64,000 bases of DNA, from contig VBAK01000108.1 of the NCBI GenBank assembly GCA_005882275.1, positions 3,317 to 67,316 of the forward strand. The letters are read 5' to 3'. The stretch's first letter is position 1; each line of letters begins with the position of its first letter. The DNA comes from Candidatus Segetimicrobium genomatis (GTDB taxonomy: Bacteria > Sysuimicrobiota > Sysuimicrobiia > Sysuimicrobiales > Segetimicrobiaceae). The position numbers and the translations under genes are program-made. This document shows, in pieces, positions 10,437 through 19,742 of this stretch. The notes beneath the pieces are model-generated. The model did not search any database, was not told the origin of the DNA, and saw only the letters and a list, made by a program, of their open reading frames with translations.

Positions 10437-10714
10437 AAGCCTTCATCGAGTTGGTCGCGCGGTCCCTGGTGGATCATCCCGAGGCGGTGGACGTCCGCGA
10501 GGTGGCGGGCCCCCATGCCACGGCCGTCGAGCTCCGCGTCCTCCCCGACGATCTGGGCAAGGTGATCGGCCGAGGCGGCAGGGTGATCAAGGCGATCCGG
10601 ACCCTCGCCCGGGCCGCCGCGACCCGAGGCGGCAAGCGGGTGACGGTGGAGATCGTCCGGCCGGAGGGCGCCGACCGCCCATCGGAGAGCCGGGATTCAG
10701 GAGGTGAGCCATGA
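10433..10714 (+). CDS. KH-domain RNA-binding protein (YlqC family)
   Basis: GTGA overlap with the rpsP stop. LVDHPEAV...GKVIGRGGRVIKAIRTL (GXXG KH motif). Position between rpsP and rimM is conserved. Confidence 0.85.
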   Translation: MKAFIELVARSLVDHPEAVDVREVAGPHATAVELRVLPDDLGKVIGRGGRVIKAIRTLARAAATRGGKRVTVEIVRPEGADRPSESRDSGGEP

Positions 10715-11151
10715 CATCGATTACCGTGCAGCGGCCGGTGGTGATCAAGGCCATTGTCACCGAGGCGTTCAAGCGCCTCTACATCGCGGATATCGAAGAC
10801 GCCATCAAACGCGTGGACGCGATCATGCAGCAAATCGACGTCCAGGCCCGCCGCTTCGAGCTGGAGCGGCAGGTCACCCCCCAAACCCGCGCCGTCCGTC
10901 AGCAGCTCGATCTGGAGCGCAGCCGGCAGGAAGCCACCCGCATGGAGCTGCAGGCCCGCCTGCGCGAAGCCCAGGACCTCGAGCTCAACTCGGAATATAC
11001 GCAGGGCACGATCGAGGGGACGGTCAGCGTCTCCGTGGGGGACAACCTCTTCGACAAGATCTCCCGGACCGAGATCCTTGTCAAGGACGGGATCATCCTC
11101 GAGATCCGGGAGGCCTCCGCCTCGCTCCTCATCACGCCCAGCGGCGGGTAA
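10711..11151 (+). CDS. ylqD: YlqD family protein
   Basis: ATGA overlap with the KH gene. 146 aa coiled-coil-rich protein in the ylqC-ylqD-rimM position known from Bacillus. Called on position plus general resemblance. Confidence 0.65.
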   Translation: MTSITVQRPVVIKAIVTEAFKRLYIADIEDAIKRVDAIMQQIDVQARRFELERQVTPQTRAVRQQLDLERSRQEATRMELQARLREAQDLELNSEYTQGTIEGTVSVSVGDNLFDKISRTEILVKDGIILEIREASASLLITPSGG

Positions 11152-11157
11152 CGGCCG

Positions 11158-11733
11158 GTGGTGGCGCCGGCGGGGCACCGAAGGAAACGCGTGGCCGGGG
11201 CGCAGCGCCCCCGGGGCTCCGGAGGCTCCGAGGATCGCATCATCGTCGGGGAGGTGGTGGGCGCCCACGGCGTGCGGGGAGACGTGCGGGTGGCGCCGGT
11301 GACCGATTTCCCCGACCGCCTGCTCGGCCTCGCCGACGCCGTGCTGGTGTCGGCCGGCGCGGCGCGGCCGGTGCGGGTGGAGCGGTCAGGCCGGTCGGGG
11401 CGGGTCGTGCTCATGAAATTTCAAGGCACCGGCACGCGCGGGGCGGCGGAGGCGCTGCGCGGAGCCACGGTCGAAATCCCGGCGCGCGACGCGCTCCCGC
11501 TGCCGCCCGGGCAGTTCTACACCTTCCAGGTGATCGGGCTGGAGGTCCGGACCCCGGAGGGCAAGGCGATCGGCCGGATCGTCGACATCCTCCGCACCGG
11601 AAGCAACGACGTCTACGTCGTGCGCCCTCCGGAGGGAGGCGAGATCTTGCTCCCCGCCGTCGACAGCGTCGTCCAGCGGATCGACATCGGCGCGGGGGAG
11701 CTCGTGGCGCGGCTGCCGGAGTGGACCTCGTGA
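11158..11733 (+). CDS. rimM: 16S rRNA processing protein RimM
   Basis: VGEVVGAHGVRGDVRV, FQVIGLEV, GSNDVYVV, LPAVDSVV motifs of the RimM/PRC barrel. The N-terminal 25 aa may be over-extended. Confidence 0.9.
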   Translation: MVAPAGHRRKRVAGAQRPRGSGGSEDRIIVGEVVGAHGVRGDVRVAPVTDFPDRLLGLADAVLVSAGAARPVRVERSGRSGRVVLMKFQGTGTRGAAEALRGATVEIPARDALPLPPGQFYTFQVIGLEVRTPEGKAIGRIVDILRTGSNDVYVVRPPEGGEILLPAVDSVVQRIDIGAGELVARLPEWTS

Positions 11734-12470
11734 GGGTCGACGTCGTCACGATCTTCCCGGAGGTGTTTCCGGGGCCGCTCGCCGTCGGCGTCCTCGGCCG
11801 GGCGCGGGAGCGAGGCATCCTCGACCTCAGGGTGTGGGATCTGCGGGACTTCACCGCGGACCGGCACCGCAGCGTGGACGACATTCCGTACGGGGGCGGG
11901 GCGGGGATGGTGATGAAGCCTGAGCCGTTCGTCCTCGCCGTAGAGGCGATTCGGGCGGCGGACCCCGGCGCGCCGCCGGCGGTGCTCCTGACCAGCCCGC
12001 AGGGCCGGCTCCTCACGCAGGCGCAGGCCCGCGCGCTCGCCGTCCGTCCGCACCTGGTCGTGCTGTGCGGCCGGTACGAAGGGGTCGACGAGCGGGTCGC
12101 CGAGCTGTTGGGGGCGGAAGAGATCAGCATCGGCGATTATGTCCTGCCCGGGGGCGAGGTCGCGGCGATGGTGCTGATCGAGGCCGTGGGCCGTCTCCTC
12201 CCCGGGGCCGTGGGAGACGCGGAGTCCGTCGCCCGCGACTCGTTCTCCGGGGACCTCCTGGACTACCCGCAGTACACGCGGCCCGCGGAATTTCGCGGGC
12301 GGGCGGTGCCCGAGGTCCTCCTCAGCGGCCACCACGACGCGATTCGCCGGTGGCGCGCCCGGGAGGCGCTCCGCCGGACCCTGCTGCGCCGCCCCGAGAT
12401 GATCGACGAAGCCAGGCTCGACGACGAAGCCCGGGAAATCCTCCGACAGTTGCGGCAGGGGAGCGCCTGA
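11730..12470 (+). CDS. trmD: tRNA (guanine37-N1)-methyltransferase TrmD
   Basis: GTGA overlap with the rimM stop. VDVVTIFPEVF, DDIPYGGGAGMVMKPEP, LVVLCGRYEGVDERV, SIGDYVLPGGE. Confidence 0.93.
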   Translation: MRVDVVTIFPEVFPGPLAVGVLGRARERGILDLRVWDLRDFTADRHRSVDDIPYGGGAGMVMKPEPFVLAVEAIRAADPGAPPAVLLTSPQGRLLTQAQARALAVRPHLVVLCGRYEGVDERVAELLGAEEISIGDYVLPGGEVAAMVLIEAVGRLLPGAVGDAESVARDSFSGDLLDYPQYTRPAEFRGRAVPEVLLSGHHDAIRRWRAREALRRTLLRRPEMIDEARLDDEAREILRQLRQGSA

Positions 12471-12493
12471 GCGGGACCGGTTTCGCGGGGTGG

Positions 12494-12523
12494 TTGTGAG
12501 GGCGGCGGAGGCCATGCTATAAT
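12494..12523 (+). promoter_or_regulatory. Candidate promoter for rplS (TTGTGA-18-TGcTATAAT, extended consensus -10)
   Basis: Lies in the trmD-rplS spacer. TATAAT at 12518-12523 is preceded by TG at 12515-12516. Confidence 0.5.
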
Positions 12524-12551
12524 GGGCAATCGCTGACATTGGGGGGGCGTG

Positions 12552-12893
12552 ATGGACCGGGTCACCGCCGTCGAGCAGACGCAGATCAAGCCCAATATGC
12601 CGCCGTTTCGGGCGGGGGACACCGTGCGGGTGCATATCAAAGTCGCCGAAGGCGGGCGCGACCGGCTCCAGGCGTTCGAGGGCGTTGTGGTCGGGCGCCG
12701 CGGCGGGGGGACGCGCGAGGCCTTCACCGTCAGGCGAATTTCCCATGGGGTGGGGGTGGAGCGAACGTTTCCTCTCCACTCCCCCCGGGTCGAGAAGATC
12801 GAGATCTTGCGGACGGGGCGGGTGCGCCGGGCCAAGCTCTATTATCTCCGTGAAAAGATAGGGAAGGAGACCCGCGTCAAGGAGAAACGGTAG
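12552..12893 (+). CDS. rplS: 50S ribosomal protein L19
   Basis: [29 protein letters not shown]...[18 protein letters not shown]. The G-run SD favours ATG 12552 over GTG 12549. Confidence 0.95.
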   Translation: MDRVTAVEQTQIKPNMPPFRAGDTVRVHIKVAEGGRDRLQAFEGVVVGRRGGGTREAFTVRRISHGVGVERTFPLHSPRVEKIEILRTGRVRRAKLYYLREKIGKETRVKEKR

Positions 12894-12901
12894 GCCAGCC
12901 G

Positions 12902-13510
12902 TTGAGCTCACTCAGCATTCCCACGGTCATCCTGAGCGTGTCCGCATTTCTCCTGGCGTCTCGCATCGTCGTCAAGCGCGCGGCGCAGATCCCCGCGGCG
13001 GTGCGGACGGCCATCGTCGAGACGCTGGACGCGTGCCTGTTTGCCGCGCTGCTCAGCCTGGTCATCATCACGTTCGTCGTCCAGGCCTTCTATATCCCCT
13101 CGGGCTCGATGGAACCGACGCTGATGGTGGACGACCGGATCCTGGTGGCCAAATTCATGTATCGGTTTGAGCCGGTGCATCGCGGCGACGTCATCGTCTT
13201 CCGGTATCCCCTCAACCCGCAGCGCGATTTCGTCAAACGGGTGGTCGGGCTGCCCGGAGACCGCGTGCAACTGAAGGACGGGGTCGTGCACCTGGACGGC
13301 ACCGTGCTGTCCGAGAAGGGGTACACGATCAAACCCGATTTCGGCAACTACGGCCCGGTCACCGTGCCGGCGAGCCAGTTTTTCGTGCTCGGCGACAACC
13401 GCAACAACAGCGAGGACAGCCGGTTCTTTGGCTACGTGCCTCGAGGGAATGTCATCGGGAAGGCGATCTTCATTTACTGGCCGCTGCCCCGGATCGGCTT
13501 CGTCCACTGA
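12902..13510 (+). CDS. lepB: Signal peptidase I
   Basis: N-terminal TM segment, catalytic SGSMEPTL, KRVVGLPGD, GDNRNNSEDSR boxes. Confidence 0.9.
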   Translation: MSSLSIPTVILSVSAFLLASRIVVKRAAQIPAAVRTAIVETLDACLFAALLSLVIITFVVQAFYIPSGSMEPTLMVDDRILVAKFMYRFEPVHRGDVIVFRYPLNPQRDFVKRVVGLPGDRVQLKDGVVHLDGTVLSEKGYTIKPDFGNYGPVTVPASQFFVLGDNRNNSEDSRFFGYVPRGNVIGKAIFIYWPLPRIGFVH

Positions 13511-13629
13511 CCGGGGCCCGGCCGCGCCTGCGGTGTAGGCCAGCCTGAGCCGGGGCCGGCGTCCGGAAGGCCAATCGAGGCGAGGAGTAGAACAAAGGTA
13601 AGACGTCCCGGTCCGCGGGGAGCGAGGCG

Positions 13630-14415
13630 ATGGACCCGCGCACGTTGACCGCTGCGCAGATCGGCGAGCACCTGGCACGCATGACGCGCCCCCGCAAGGC
13701 GTGGCTCCGTCTCCTGGCCGGCGATGCCCGCGTGACGGTGCGGGAGCTGGCGGCGCGGTACCAGGCCAGGCGGAACGCGGCACGGGCCGAGGCCCGGCGC
13801 CTGCGGGACCTGTACCGGGAGGAGCGCGCCCGGCGCCGCACCGGCCTGGTCGTCGCGGGGATCGATGAGGTGGGTCGGGGTTCGCTGGCCGGCCCGGTGC
13901 TGGCCGCCGCGGTGATCCTCCCGCCTCGCGCGCCCATCACCGGTCTCGACGACAGCAAGCGCCTCACCCCGGCGGCGCGGGAACGCCTCGATCGGGAGAT
14001 CCGGGCGCGGGCGCTCGGGCTCGCGATCGGAGCGGCATCCGTGGAGGAGATCGACCGCCTGAATATCCATGGGGCCTCCCGGTTGGCGATGGCGAGGGCG
14101 GTGGAGGCGTTGACCCCCGCTCCGGATTTCCTCCTGATCGACGGGCGGGACCGCCTTCCGCTGCGCTGCGCCCAGGCGGCGGTGGTCGACGGCGACGCGT
14201 CTCATGCCTGCATCGCCGCCGCCTCGATCGTCGCCAAAGTGGCCCGAGACCGGCTGATGCGCGACCTGGATGAGGCGTTTCCCGGGTACGGCTTCGCCGA
14301 GCACAAGGGGTACGGCACGGCCGAGCACCTCGACGCGCTCGCCCGCCGCGGCCCGTCCCCGGAGCACCGGAGGGCGTTCCTCCCCGTCATCCAGATGGGC
14401 CTGTTGCTGCTGTAA
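13630..14415 (+). CDS. rnhB: Ribonuclease HII (with about 75 aa N-terminal extension)
   Basis: GIDEVGRGSLAGPV, DDSKRLT, DGDASHACIAAASIVAKV, GYGFAEHKGYGT. Confidence 0.9.
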   Translation: MDPRTLTAAQIGEHLARMTRPRKAWLRLLAGDARVTVRELAARYQARRNAARAEARRLRDLYREERARRRTGLVVAGIDEVGRGSLAGPVLAAAVILPPRAPITGLDDSKRLTPAARERLDREIRARALGLAIGAASVEEIDRLNIHGASRLAMARAVEALTPAPDFLLIDGRDRLPLRCAQAAVVDGDASHACIAAASIVAKVARDRLMRDLDEAFPGYGFAEHKGYGTAEHLDALARRGPSPEHRRAFLPVIQMGLLLL

Positions 14416-14850
14416 ATGCCTCCCGGCCCCGCCCGCGGCGCCGTCGGCCGGCACACCTCCGGGCATCCGGCGTCGGAGGGAGCGCCGGCCCGCAGGCAGC
14501 GGCTCGGCCGGCTGGGGGAAGAGGCCGCGGTCGCCGTCCTCCGCTCGCGCGGGTACCGGATCCTCGAGCGCAACGTCCGCCTTCGGCGGGGGGAGGTGGA
14601 TGTGATCGCGGAGGAGCATGGGAATCTCGTGTTTGTGGAAGTCAAAGCCCGCCGGTCCGAGGTCTACGGAACGCCGGCCGAGGCCGTGGGCCCGCGCAAG
14701 CAGCGCGCTCTGGCGGCGCTCGCCGCCGCGTACTGCAGCCGGCGGGGGCTCGGCGAGCGCGCCTGCCGGTTCGACGTCGTCGAGGTGCGGCTCGATCGCG
14801 GAGGCCGCCCCATCCGTGTGGACGTCCTGCGCGACGCGTTTCGGCCCTAG
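14416..14850 (+). CDS. YraN family endonuclease-like protein (UPF0102)
   Basis: GEEAAVAVLRSRGYRILERNVR...GEVDVIAEE...LVFVEVKAR. Adjacent to rnhB, as in many bacteria. Confidence 0.85.
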   Translation: MPPGPARGAVGRHTSGHPASEGAPARRQRLGRLGEEAAVAVLRSRGYRILERNVRLRRGEVDVIAEEHGNLVFVEVKARRSEVYGTPAEAVGPRKQRALAALAAAYCSRRGLGERACRFDVVEVRLDRGGRPIRVDVLRDAFRP

Positions 14851-14968
14851 CAGGAGTCTCCCGCGTGAGCCGAGAACCATCAGAACCCAGCGGCGTGTCC
14901 ACCCAAGCCATCAACCGCCTTGCATCGAAGCACAGCATCGGACGATGAGACGCACCCTTGGAGGCCCT

Positions 14969-15196
14969 ATGAGCCGCGACGAGATTCTGACCCGGTTGTA
15001 CTCTCTCGGCGCCATCTCCCTCGTGCGAGATATCCAGGAGATTGAAGCGGGACGGGTCCGCCGGATTGCGCTTCCGCAGATCCCCGGCGGCCCGGAATTT
15101 TCACGGGAGGTCATGAACCTGCTGCGCTGCCTGGGGGCGGAGGTCGACCTGGTCGGCGAGCGGACCGGCGCAGGCCGTTTGCGGCGGCCCGGGTAG
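14969..15196 (+). CDS. Hypothetical small protein (75 aa)
   Basis: ORF with GC-rich third codon positions and GGAGG 4 nt before the ATG. No recognisable motif. Confidence 0.35.
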   Translation: MSRDEILTRLYSLGAISLVRDIQEIEAGRVRRIALPQIPGGPEFSREVMNLLRCLGAEVDLVGERTGAGRLRRPG

Positions 15197-15214
15197 GCCA
15201 CGTCCTGCCCGTCG

Positions 15215-15427
15215 ATGCGCGACGAACTGATCCGGCGCGAGACACCCCGCGGCACCGTTCGGGTGCTCGTCGCGTTCGCCCGGGTCCGCGGGGGCGGCTG
15301 GCTCTGGATCGCGCGCCGGTCCATGGCCGGCCCGATCCTCGGCGAAGGCCGGGGGACCACGTACGAGATCGTTCGCGCCGCCGTCGAGGAGTGGATGGAG
15401 CAGGAGGCTGAGCGCCTCACGCGGTGA
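15215..15427 (+). CDS. Hypothetical small protein (70 aa)
   Basis: ORF 18 nt after the previous one. No recognisable motif. Confidence 0.35.
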   Translation: MRDELIRRETPRGTVRVLVAFARVRGGGWLWIARRSMAGPILGEGRGTTYEIVRAAVEEWMEQEAERLTR

Positions 15428-15440
15428 CTCCCCGCTTGCG

Positions 15441-15977
15441 TCAGCCGATCGGCGTCCGCTCGAACAGCAGCACCGAGTAGTCCAGGTTCTCCGCGGCGAC
15501 CCCGGCCTGCCGGAGCATCGCCATCACCTGCGCCCGGTGATGCACCTCGTGGAAGAGCAGCTGGCCGGCGATGCCCCCCGCGGTGGTCCGCACCCGCATC
15601 GCCTTCGGCCCCATCCGCGACGTGAACTCGATGGGACGCGCGGGATCGCCGAGGGCGGCCAGCGCCTGCCGGGTCAGCGGCGCCCGGCGCTCCCATGCCG
15701 CCGCGAACGGCTCGAACTCGGGCTGGCGCTCAACGGTGAACGGGGAGTCGCCGATGCTGACGTCCTTGCCCGTCAGCCGCTCGACGTATGCCCACTCGGC
15801 TCCGGCCGTGTGCACCAGCGTCGCGCGGATGGATCCCATGCCCATCGGATACGTTCGCGTATACACGGCCGCGGGCTGCGCGCGGACCCAGTCCAGGAGG
15901 CGTCCGCGGGCCTTGAGCAGGTAATCGAAGAAGTGCGCGAAGTTCACGTCCGAGGTGTGCATAGGCGGGTATTCCAT
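15441..15977 (-). CDS. DinB-family (DinB/YfiT-like) metal-dependent protein
   Basis: Four-helix-bundle pattern with His triad candidates (LVHTAGAEW, HEVHHRAQ). Confidence 0.8.
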   Translation of the reverse strand: MEYPPMHTSDVNFAHFFDYLLKARGRLLDWVRAQPAAVYTRTYPMGMGSIRATLVHTAGAEWAYVERLTGKDVSIGDSPFTVERQPEFEPFAAAWERRAPLTRQALAALGDPARPIEFTSRMGPKAMRVRTTAGGIAGQLLFHEVHHRAQVMAMLRQAGVAAENLDYSVLLFERTPIG

Positions 15978-16009
15978 CAGGGCGCGGGCTCCCCCTGCGC
16001 GCGTGCGCC

Positions 16010-16651
16010 ATGGCGCTCGTGACCGTCCTGTTCGACCTCGACGGCACCCTGATCGACTCGTACGCGCTGATCGCCGCGGCCTTCCGGCACGCCGCCCGCG
16101 TGGTGGTGGGCCGGGACCTGGACGACGACCAGGTGGCGGTGAAGTGGGGCGAGCCCCTGCCGGCGCGGTTTGCCCACGTGGCGCCCACCCGGGTCGCCGC
16201 GCTCGTGGAGGCCTACACCGCCTACTACGACGCGCATCACGCCCGTCTGTGCGCGCCCTTCCCGGGAGTGCCGGCGATGCTGGCCGCGCTCGGCTCGCGC
16301 GGGTGCCGGCTCGGGGTCGTCACCAGCAAGCGGCGGCGGTCCACCGCCCAGGCGCTGGAGGGGTTCGGCCTGACCGCGTGGATCCGCGCGGCGGTCACCG
16401 CGGAAGATGTCCCGGCCCCCAAGCCGGCTCCCGATCCGGTGCTCGAGGCGCTCCGGCGTCTCGGGTCGCTCCCTGGGGAGGCGCTGGTCGTCGGCGACGG
16501 CGTCTTCGACATCCGGGCCGCCCGAGCGGCGGAAGTGCTGAGCGCGGCGGCCACGTGGGGGACACGCGAGGGCCCGGCGCTGCTCGCGGCGGGGCCCGAC
16601 TACGTGGTGGCCACGCCCCAGGAGGTCGTGTCGCTCGTCGCGTCCCGGTAG
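16010..16651 (+). CDS. HAD-superfamily hydrolase (phosphoglycolate phosphatase/PpaX-like)
   Basis: Motif I FDLDGTLIDS, motif II VVTSK, motif III/IV KPAPDP...VGDGVFDI. Confidence 0.85.
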   Translation: MALVTVLFDLDGTLIDSYALIAAAFRHAARVVVGRDLDDDQVAVKWGEPLPARFAHVAPTRVAALVEAYTAYYDAHHARLCAPFPGVPAMLAALGSRGCRLGVVTSKRRRSTAQALEGFGLTAWIRAAVTAEDVPAPKPAPDPVLEALRRLGSLPGEALVVGDGVFDIRAARAAEVLSAAATWGTREGPALLAAGPDYVVATPQEVVSLVASR

Positions 16652-16667
16652 GCGCCCGGCCGAACGA

Positions 16668-17885
16668 TCACCGCGGGGGGAACGACGCGACCACACCCCT
16701 CACCGCCGTCGACTCCCGCCACAGCTCCTCGAAGCGCCCCTTGTTCCACCGCACCAGGTCGGTGCCGGCTTCGATCGAAAACCCCTCGAGGGCGATCGCC
16801 CCGCGATAGTCGCGCAGCGCTCCCAGCAGGCGCACCAGATCGCGCCCGCCCTGTCCCAGCGGGAGATGGAGGCGCGACTCGTCCGCGTCGCTGAGGTGGA
16901 CGTGGATGATGTGCTCCAGGCCGGCGATAAACGCGGTTTCGTCCTCTCCCCACGGGATGTGCGCGGTATCGAGGACCGTGCCGACGTTCGGGCGGCCCAC
17001 CGCGCGGATGAGGCGATTCGCCTGCTCCGGGGTCACGACATACTCGCCCTGGCGCGGTTCCATGTGCTCGACCCCCACGCGGAGGCCGCGGGCGGCCGCG
17101 TCGTCGGCCAGTTCCCGGAGGCTCGCGACCAGCCGGGGCCAGTACGCTTCCGCGTCATCGAAGGGCACGGTGATCCGCCCCGGATGGATCACGACGAGCC
17201 GAGCGCCCAGCCGCTCGGCGAGATCGAGGGAGGCGTGGGTGGCGTCGAGGGACGCCGAGCGGATCGGGTCGAGACGCGAGGAAAGGTTCAGGTCCCAGCT
17301 CTGCGCGTGGAGCGTGAGCAGGAGGCCCCGCTGCTGCGCCCGGGCCTTGACCGCCGCGGGGTCGGCGGCGCCCCAGGACAAGAGGTAGGCCCACATCTCC
17401 ACCCCGTCGTACCCGAGGTCGTCGGCGGCGTCGATGATCTCCTCCGCGCTGTGCGCCCACATCAGCGGGGCGCTGAGCAGGACCTTGCAGCGCCGCTCGA
17501 CGGCGGGAAGTTCCCCGGGGGCGGCGGGCATCGCCGGCGGGGTCGGGGGAGGGGTCCGGCGGCGGAGGCGGACGATGTCCATCGTCGTCCGCAGTTCGGC
17601 CGCGACCCGGAACGGTTTGGTGAGCACCCGGCTCGGCAGCGAGGTGATGAACTCCCGCGGGCTGCGCGTAAACTCCGTGGTGATCTCGAACGGCTTCGCC
17701 ATCAGCCGGCGCATGACGCTGTCGACGTACTGCTCCATGAACTGCAGCGTGTCCACGGCGACGGCCCGGCCGCAGGGAATGCAGATGACGCGCGAGAGGG
17801 ACCGGTCGCCGACGGCGACCAGGTGGACGGTGGTCCGGCGGCAGCGACCGCAGTGCAGTTCGACCTCGTACCGTTCGTGGGCCAT
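16668..17885 (-). CDS. Zinc-ribbon domain fused to a xylose-isomerase-like TIM-barrel (sugar phosphate isomerase/epimerase family)
   Basis: N-terminus MAHERYEVELHCGRCRR...VICIPCGR (CxxC...CxxC). C-terminal about 270 aa have AP_endonuc_2/TIM-barrel features (GYDGVEMW, LVVIHPG, VGVEHME, LDTAHI, HVHLSD). ATG 17885 preferred over the longer ORF to 18095. Confidence 0.75.
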   Translation of the reverse strand: MAHERYEVELHCGRCRRTTVHLVAVGDRSLSRVICIPCGRAVAVDTLQFMEQYVDSVMRRLMAKPFEITTEFTRSPREFITSLPSRVLTKPFRVAAELRTTMDIVRLRRRTPPPTPPAMPAAPGELPAVERRCKVLLSAPLMWAHSAEEIIDAADDLGYDGVEMWAYLLSWGAADPAAVKARAQQRGLLLTLHAQSWDLNLSSRLDPIRSASLDATHASLDLAERLGARLVVIHPGRITVPFDDAEAYWPRLVASLRELADDAAARGLRVGVEHMEPRQGEYVVTPEQANRLIRAVGRPNVGTVLDTAHIPWGEDETAFIAGLEHIIHVHLSDADESRLHLPLGQGGRDLVRLLGALRDYRGAIALEGFSIEAGTDLVRWNKGRFEELWRESTAVRGVVASFPPR

Positions 17886-18088
17886 GGGCACGGTGCGTCC
17901 CTCGCGGTCACTGGCGCGTCGCGCGCCCCCCCGGTACGCGAGCGAACTCATCGGGCGCTTCATCGGGGAACGGAGGACTTCCTGCCGGCCGGGCGCCGCG
18001 GGCACCCACCGCCGGGCATCGCGCTCCGGCAGGATAACCTGTCCAAGAATCGGAACTACTACCGATCGCATCCGGACGATCGGCATCC

Positions 18089-19357
18089 ATGCCATCGGAC
18101 AACCGGCTCACGTCCACGAGGGCGCGGGGGAAGGGAACCACGTTGCCTGTCTACCAGGCGAAGGTCCCGTACGGGAGCGAAGATCGGCGGCCGTGGATGA
18201 CGCTGCCGTTCCCGCAGGCGGAATACGACCGCCGGATCGCCGCGGTGCGCGGCCGCATGCGGGCCGAAGATCTCGCCGCCCTCGTCGCGTTCTCGAGCAA
18301 CGCGGATCCGGGACACGCGCGGTATCTCGCCAACTTCGAGGCGGGGGCGGGCGAAACGTTCGTCGTGGTCCCGCTCGACCGCGGGCCGATGCTCACGACC
18401 AACTGGCTGATGCACGGCGAGCCGATGCATACCTCCATCTGGACGACGTGGCTCGAGGACGTCCGCCCGGCGGAGCGCCCGGGGTTCGCCCGGGCGCCCG
18501 AGACCAGCGCGGCCGGCCAGGTGGCCGACATGCTGCGGGAGGCCGGGGCGGACGCGGAGCGCATTGGGATCGCCGGCACGGCGATCCTGCCCCACCGCGT
18601 CTTCGGCGAGCTTCGCGAGCGGCTGCCCCGCGCCGAGTTCGTGGCGGCCGACGATCTCCTGCTCGGCGTCCGGGCGCGCAAGTCTCCGCTTGAGATCGAG
18701 ATGATGCGCCGCGCGGCGACCCTCTCCGGCCGCATGCACCAGGCGGCGATCGCCATGATTGCCCCGGGCGTCAGCGAGCGCGCCGTCGCCGCCCGGGCTC
18801 ACGAGGCGGCGTACGCCGGAGGCGCCGACGCGCTCGCCTTTTCGAGCGCGGTGGTGGGAGGGGAGCGCGCGGGGCTGAAACACTGCGCGCCGTCCGACCG
18901 GCTGTTTCAGGCGGGCGACATGGTGTTCCTCGACATGGGCGCCGTCTGCTCGGGATACTGCGCGGATGTGTCGAGGAGCCTCGTCGTCGGCCGGCCCAGC
19001 GCAGAGCAGCGGCGCTTCCTCGACACCGGGCTGGCCATGTTTGAGAGCGTGCTGGCGCAGGCCCGGCCTGGGGCCGCCGTGCGCGGCCTCATCGAGGTCG
19101 CGCGGGGCATCGCCGAGCGGGCGGGATTCGACGACGAGTACATGCCCAAGGGGTTCGGCCACGGGGTGGGCTGCTCGCTCTTCGAGCAGCCGTCGCTTCG
19201 CCCGGCCACGGAGGCGATCCTGGAACCGGGGCACATCTTTGCCCTGGAGCCGATGCTGATCCGCATGCGCTTCGGCACCGCGTGCGTCGAAGAGACGGTC
19301 CTCATCACCCCCGGCGGAGCCGAACCGCTGTCGGGTTGTCCGTTCCGGTTCTGGTAG
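18089..19357 (+). CDS. M24-family metallopeptidase (Xaa-Pro peptidase/creatinase-like), paralog 1
   Basis: Creatinase-type N-domain plus pita-bread domain with metal ligands in FLDMGAVCSGYCADVSRS, HGVGCSLFE, FALEPM, CVEETVLIT. Confidence 0.85.
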   Translation: MPSDNRLTSTRARGKGTTLPVYQAKVPYGSEDRRPWMTLPFPQAEYDRRIAAVRGRMRAEDLAALVAFSSNADPGHARYLANFEAGAGETFVVVPLDRGPMLTTNWLMHGEPMHTSIWTTWLEDVRPAERPGFARAPETSAAGQVADMLREAGADAERIGIAGTAILPHRVFGELRERLPRAEFVAADDLLLGVRARKSPLEIEMMRRAATLSGRMHQAAIAMIAPGVSERAVAARAHEAAYAGGADALAFSSAVVGGERAGLKHCAPSDRLFQAGDMVFLDMGAVCSGYCADVSRSLVVGRPSAEQRRFLDTGLAMFESVLAQARPGAAVRGLIEVARGIAERAGFDDEYMPKGFGHGVGCSLFEQPSLRPATEAILEPGHIFALEPMLIRMRFGTACVEETVLITPGGAEPLSGCPFRFW

Positions 19358-19364
19358 CGCGGGC

Positions 19365-19700
19365 ATGACGTCGGAGGCGTCCATGATCCTGGTGCATCAA
19401 CGCTATTTTGCTCAGCCGGGGCTGCGGGACCGCGTGCTCGACACCCGCATCGAGGCGTCCCGGCGCCTGGGGGAGCTGGGCGTCCCCCGGGGACGGATCT
19501 GGGTGCCGGTCGGCGGGGAACCCGGAATCGATCCGGCGGGCCTGCCGGATGTCATCTGGGAGTGCACCTATCCCGATCTCGCGGAGCGCGAGCGCGCGCG
19601 GGCCTTCCAGGAAGGGGACCAGGCCTTCGCCGCGATCCGGGCCAGGCAGGGCACCCAACTCGCGCGCTGGGTGCGCGAGCACTATCGCCTCGTGGAATAG
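19365..19700 (+). CDS. Hypothetical protein (about 105-111 aa), wedged between the two M24 paralogs
   Basis: ORF with coding-like codon usage. Start is ATG 19365 or ATG 19383 (MILVHQRYF). Function not recognisable. Confidence 0.5.
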   Translation: MTSEASMILVHQRYFAQPGLRDRVLDTRIEASRRLGELGVPRGRIWVPVGGEPGIDPAGLPDVIWECTYPDLAERERARAFQEGDQAFAAIRARQGTQLARWVREHYRLVE

Positions 19701-19742
19701 TCCGATGATGCGGCGGGACTCCCCGATCGGTCGAGGTCGATC

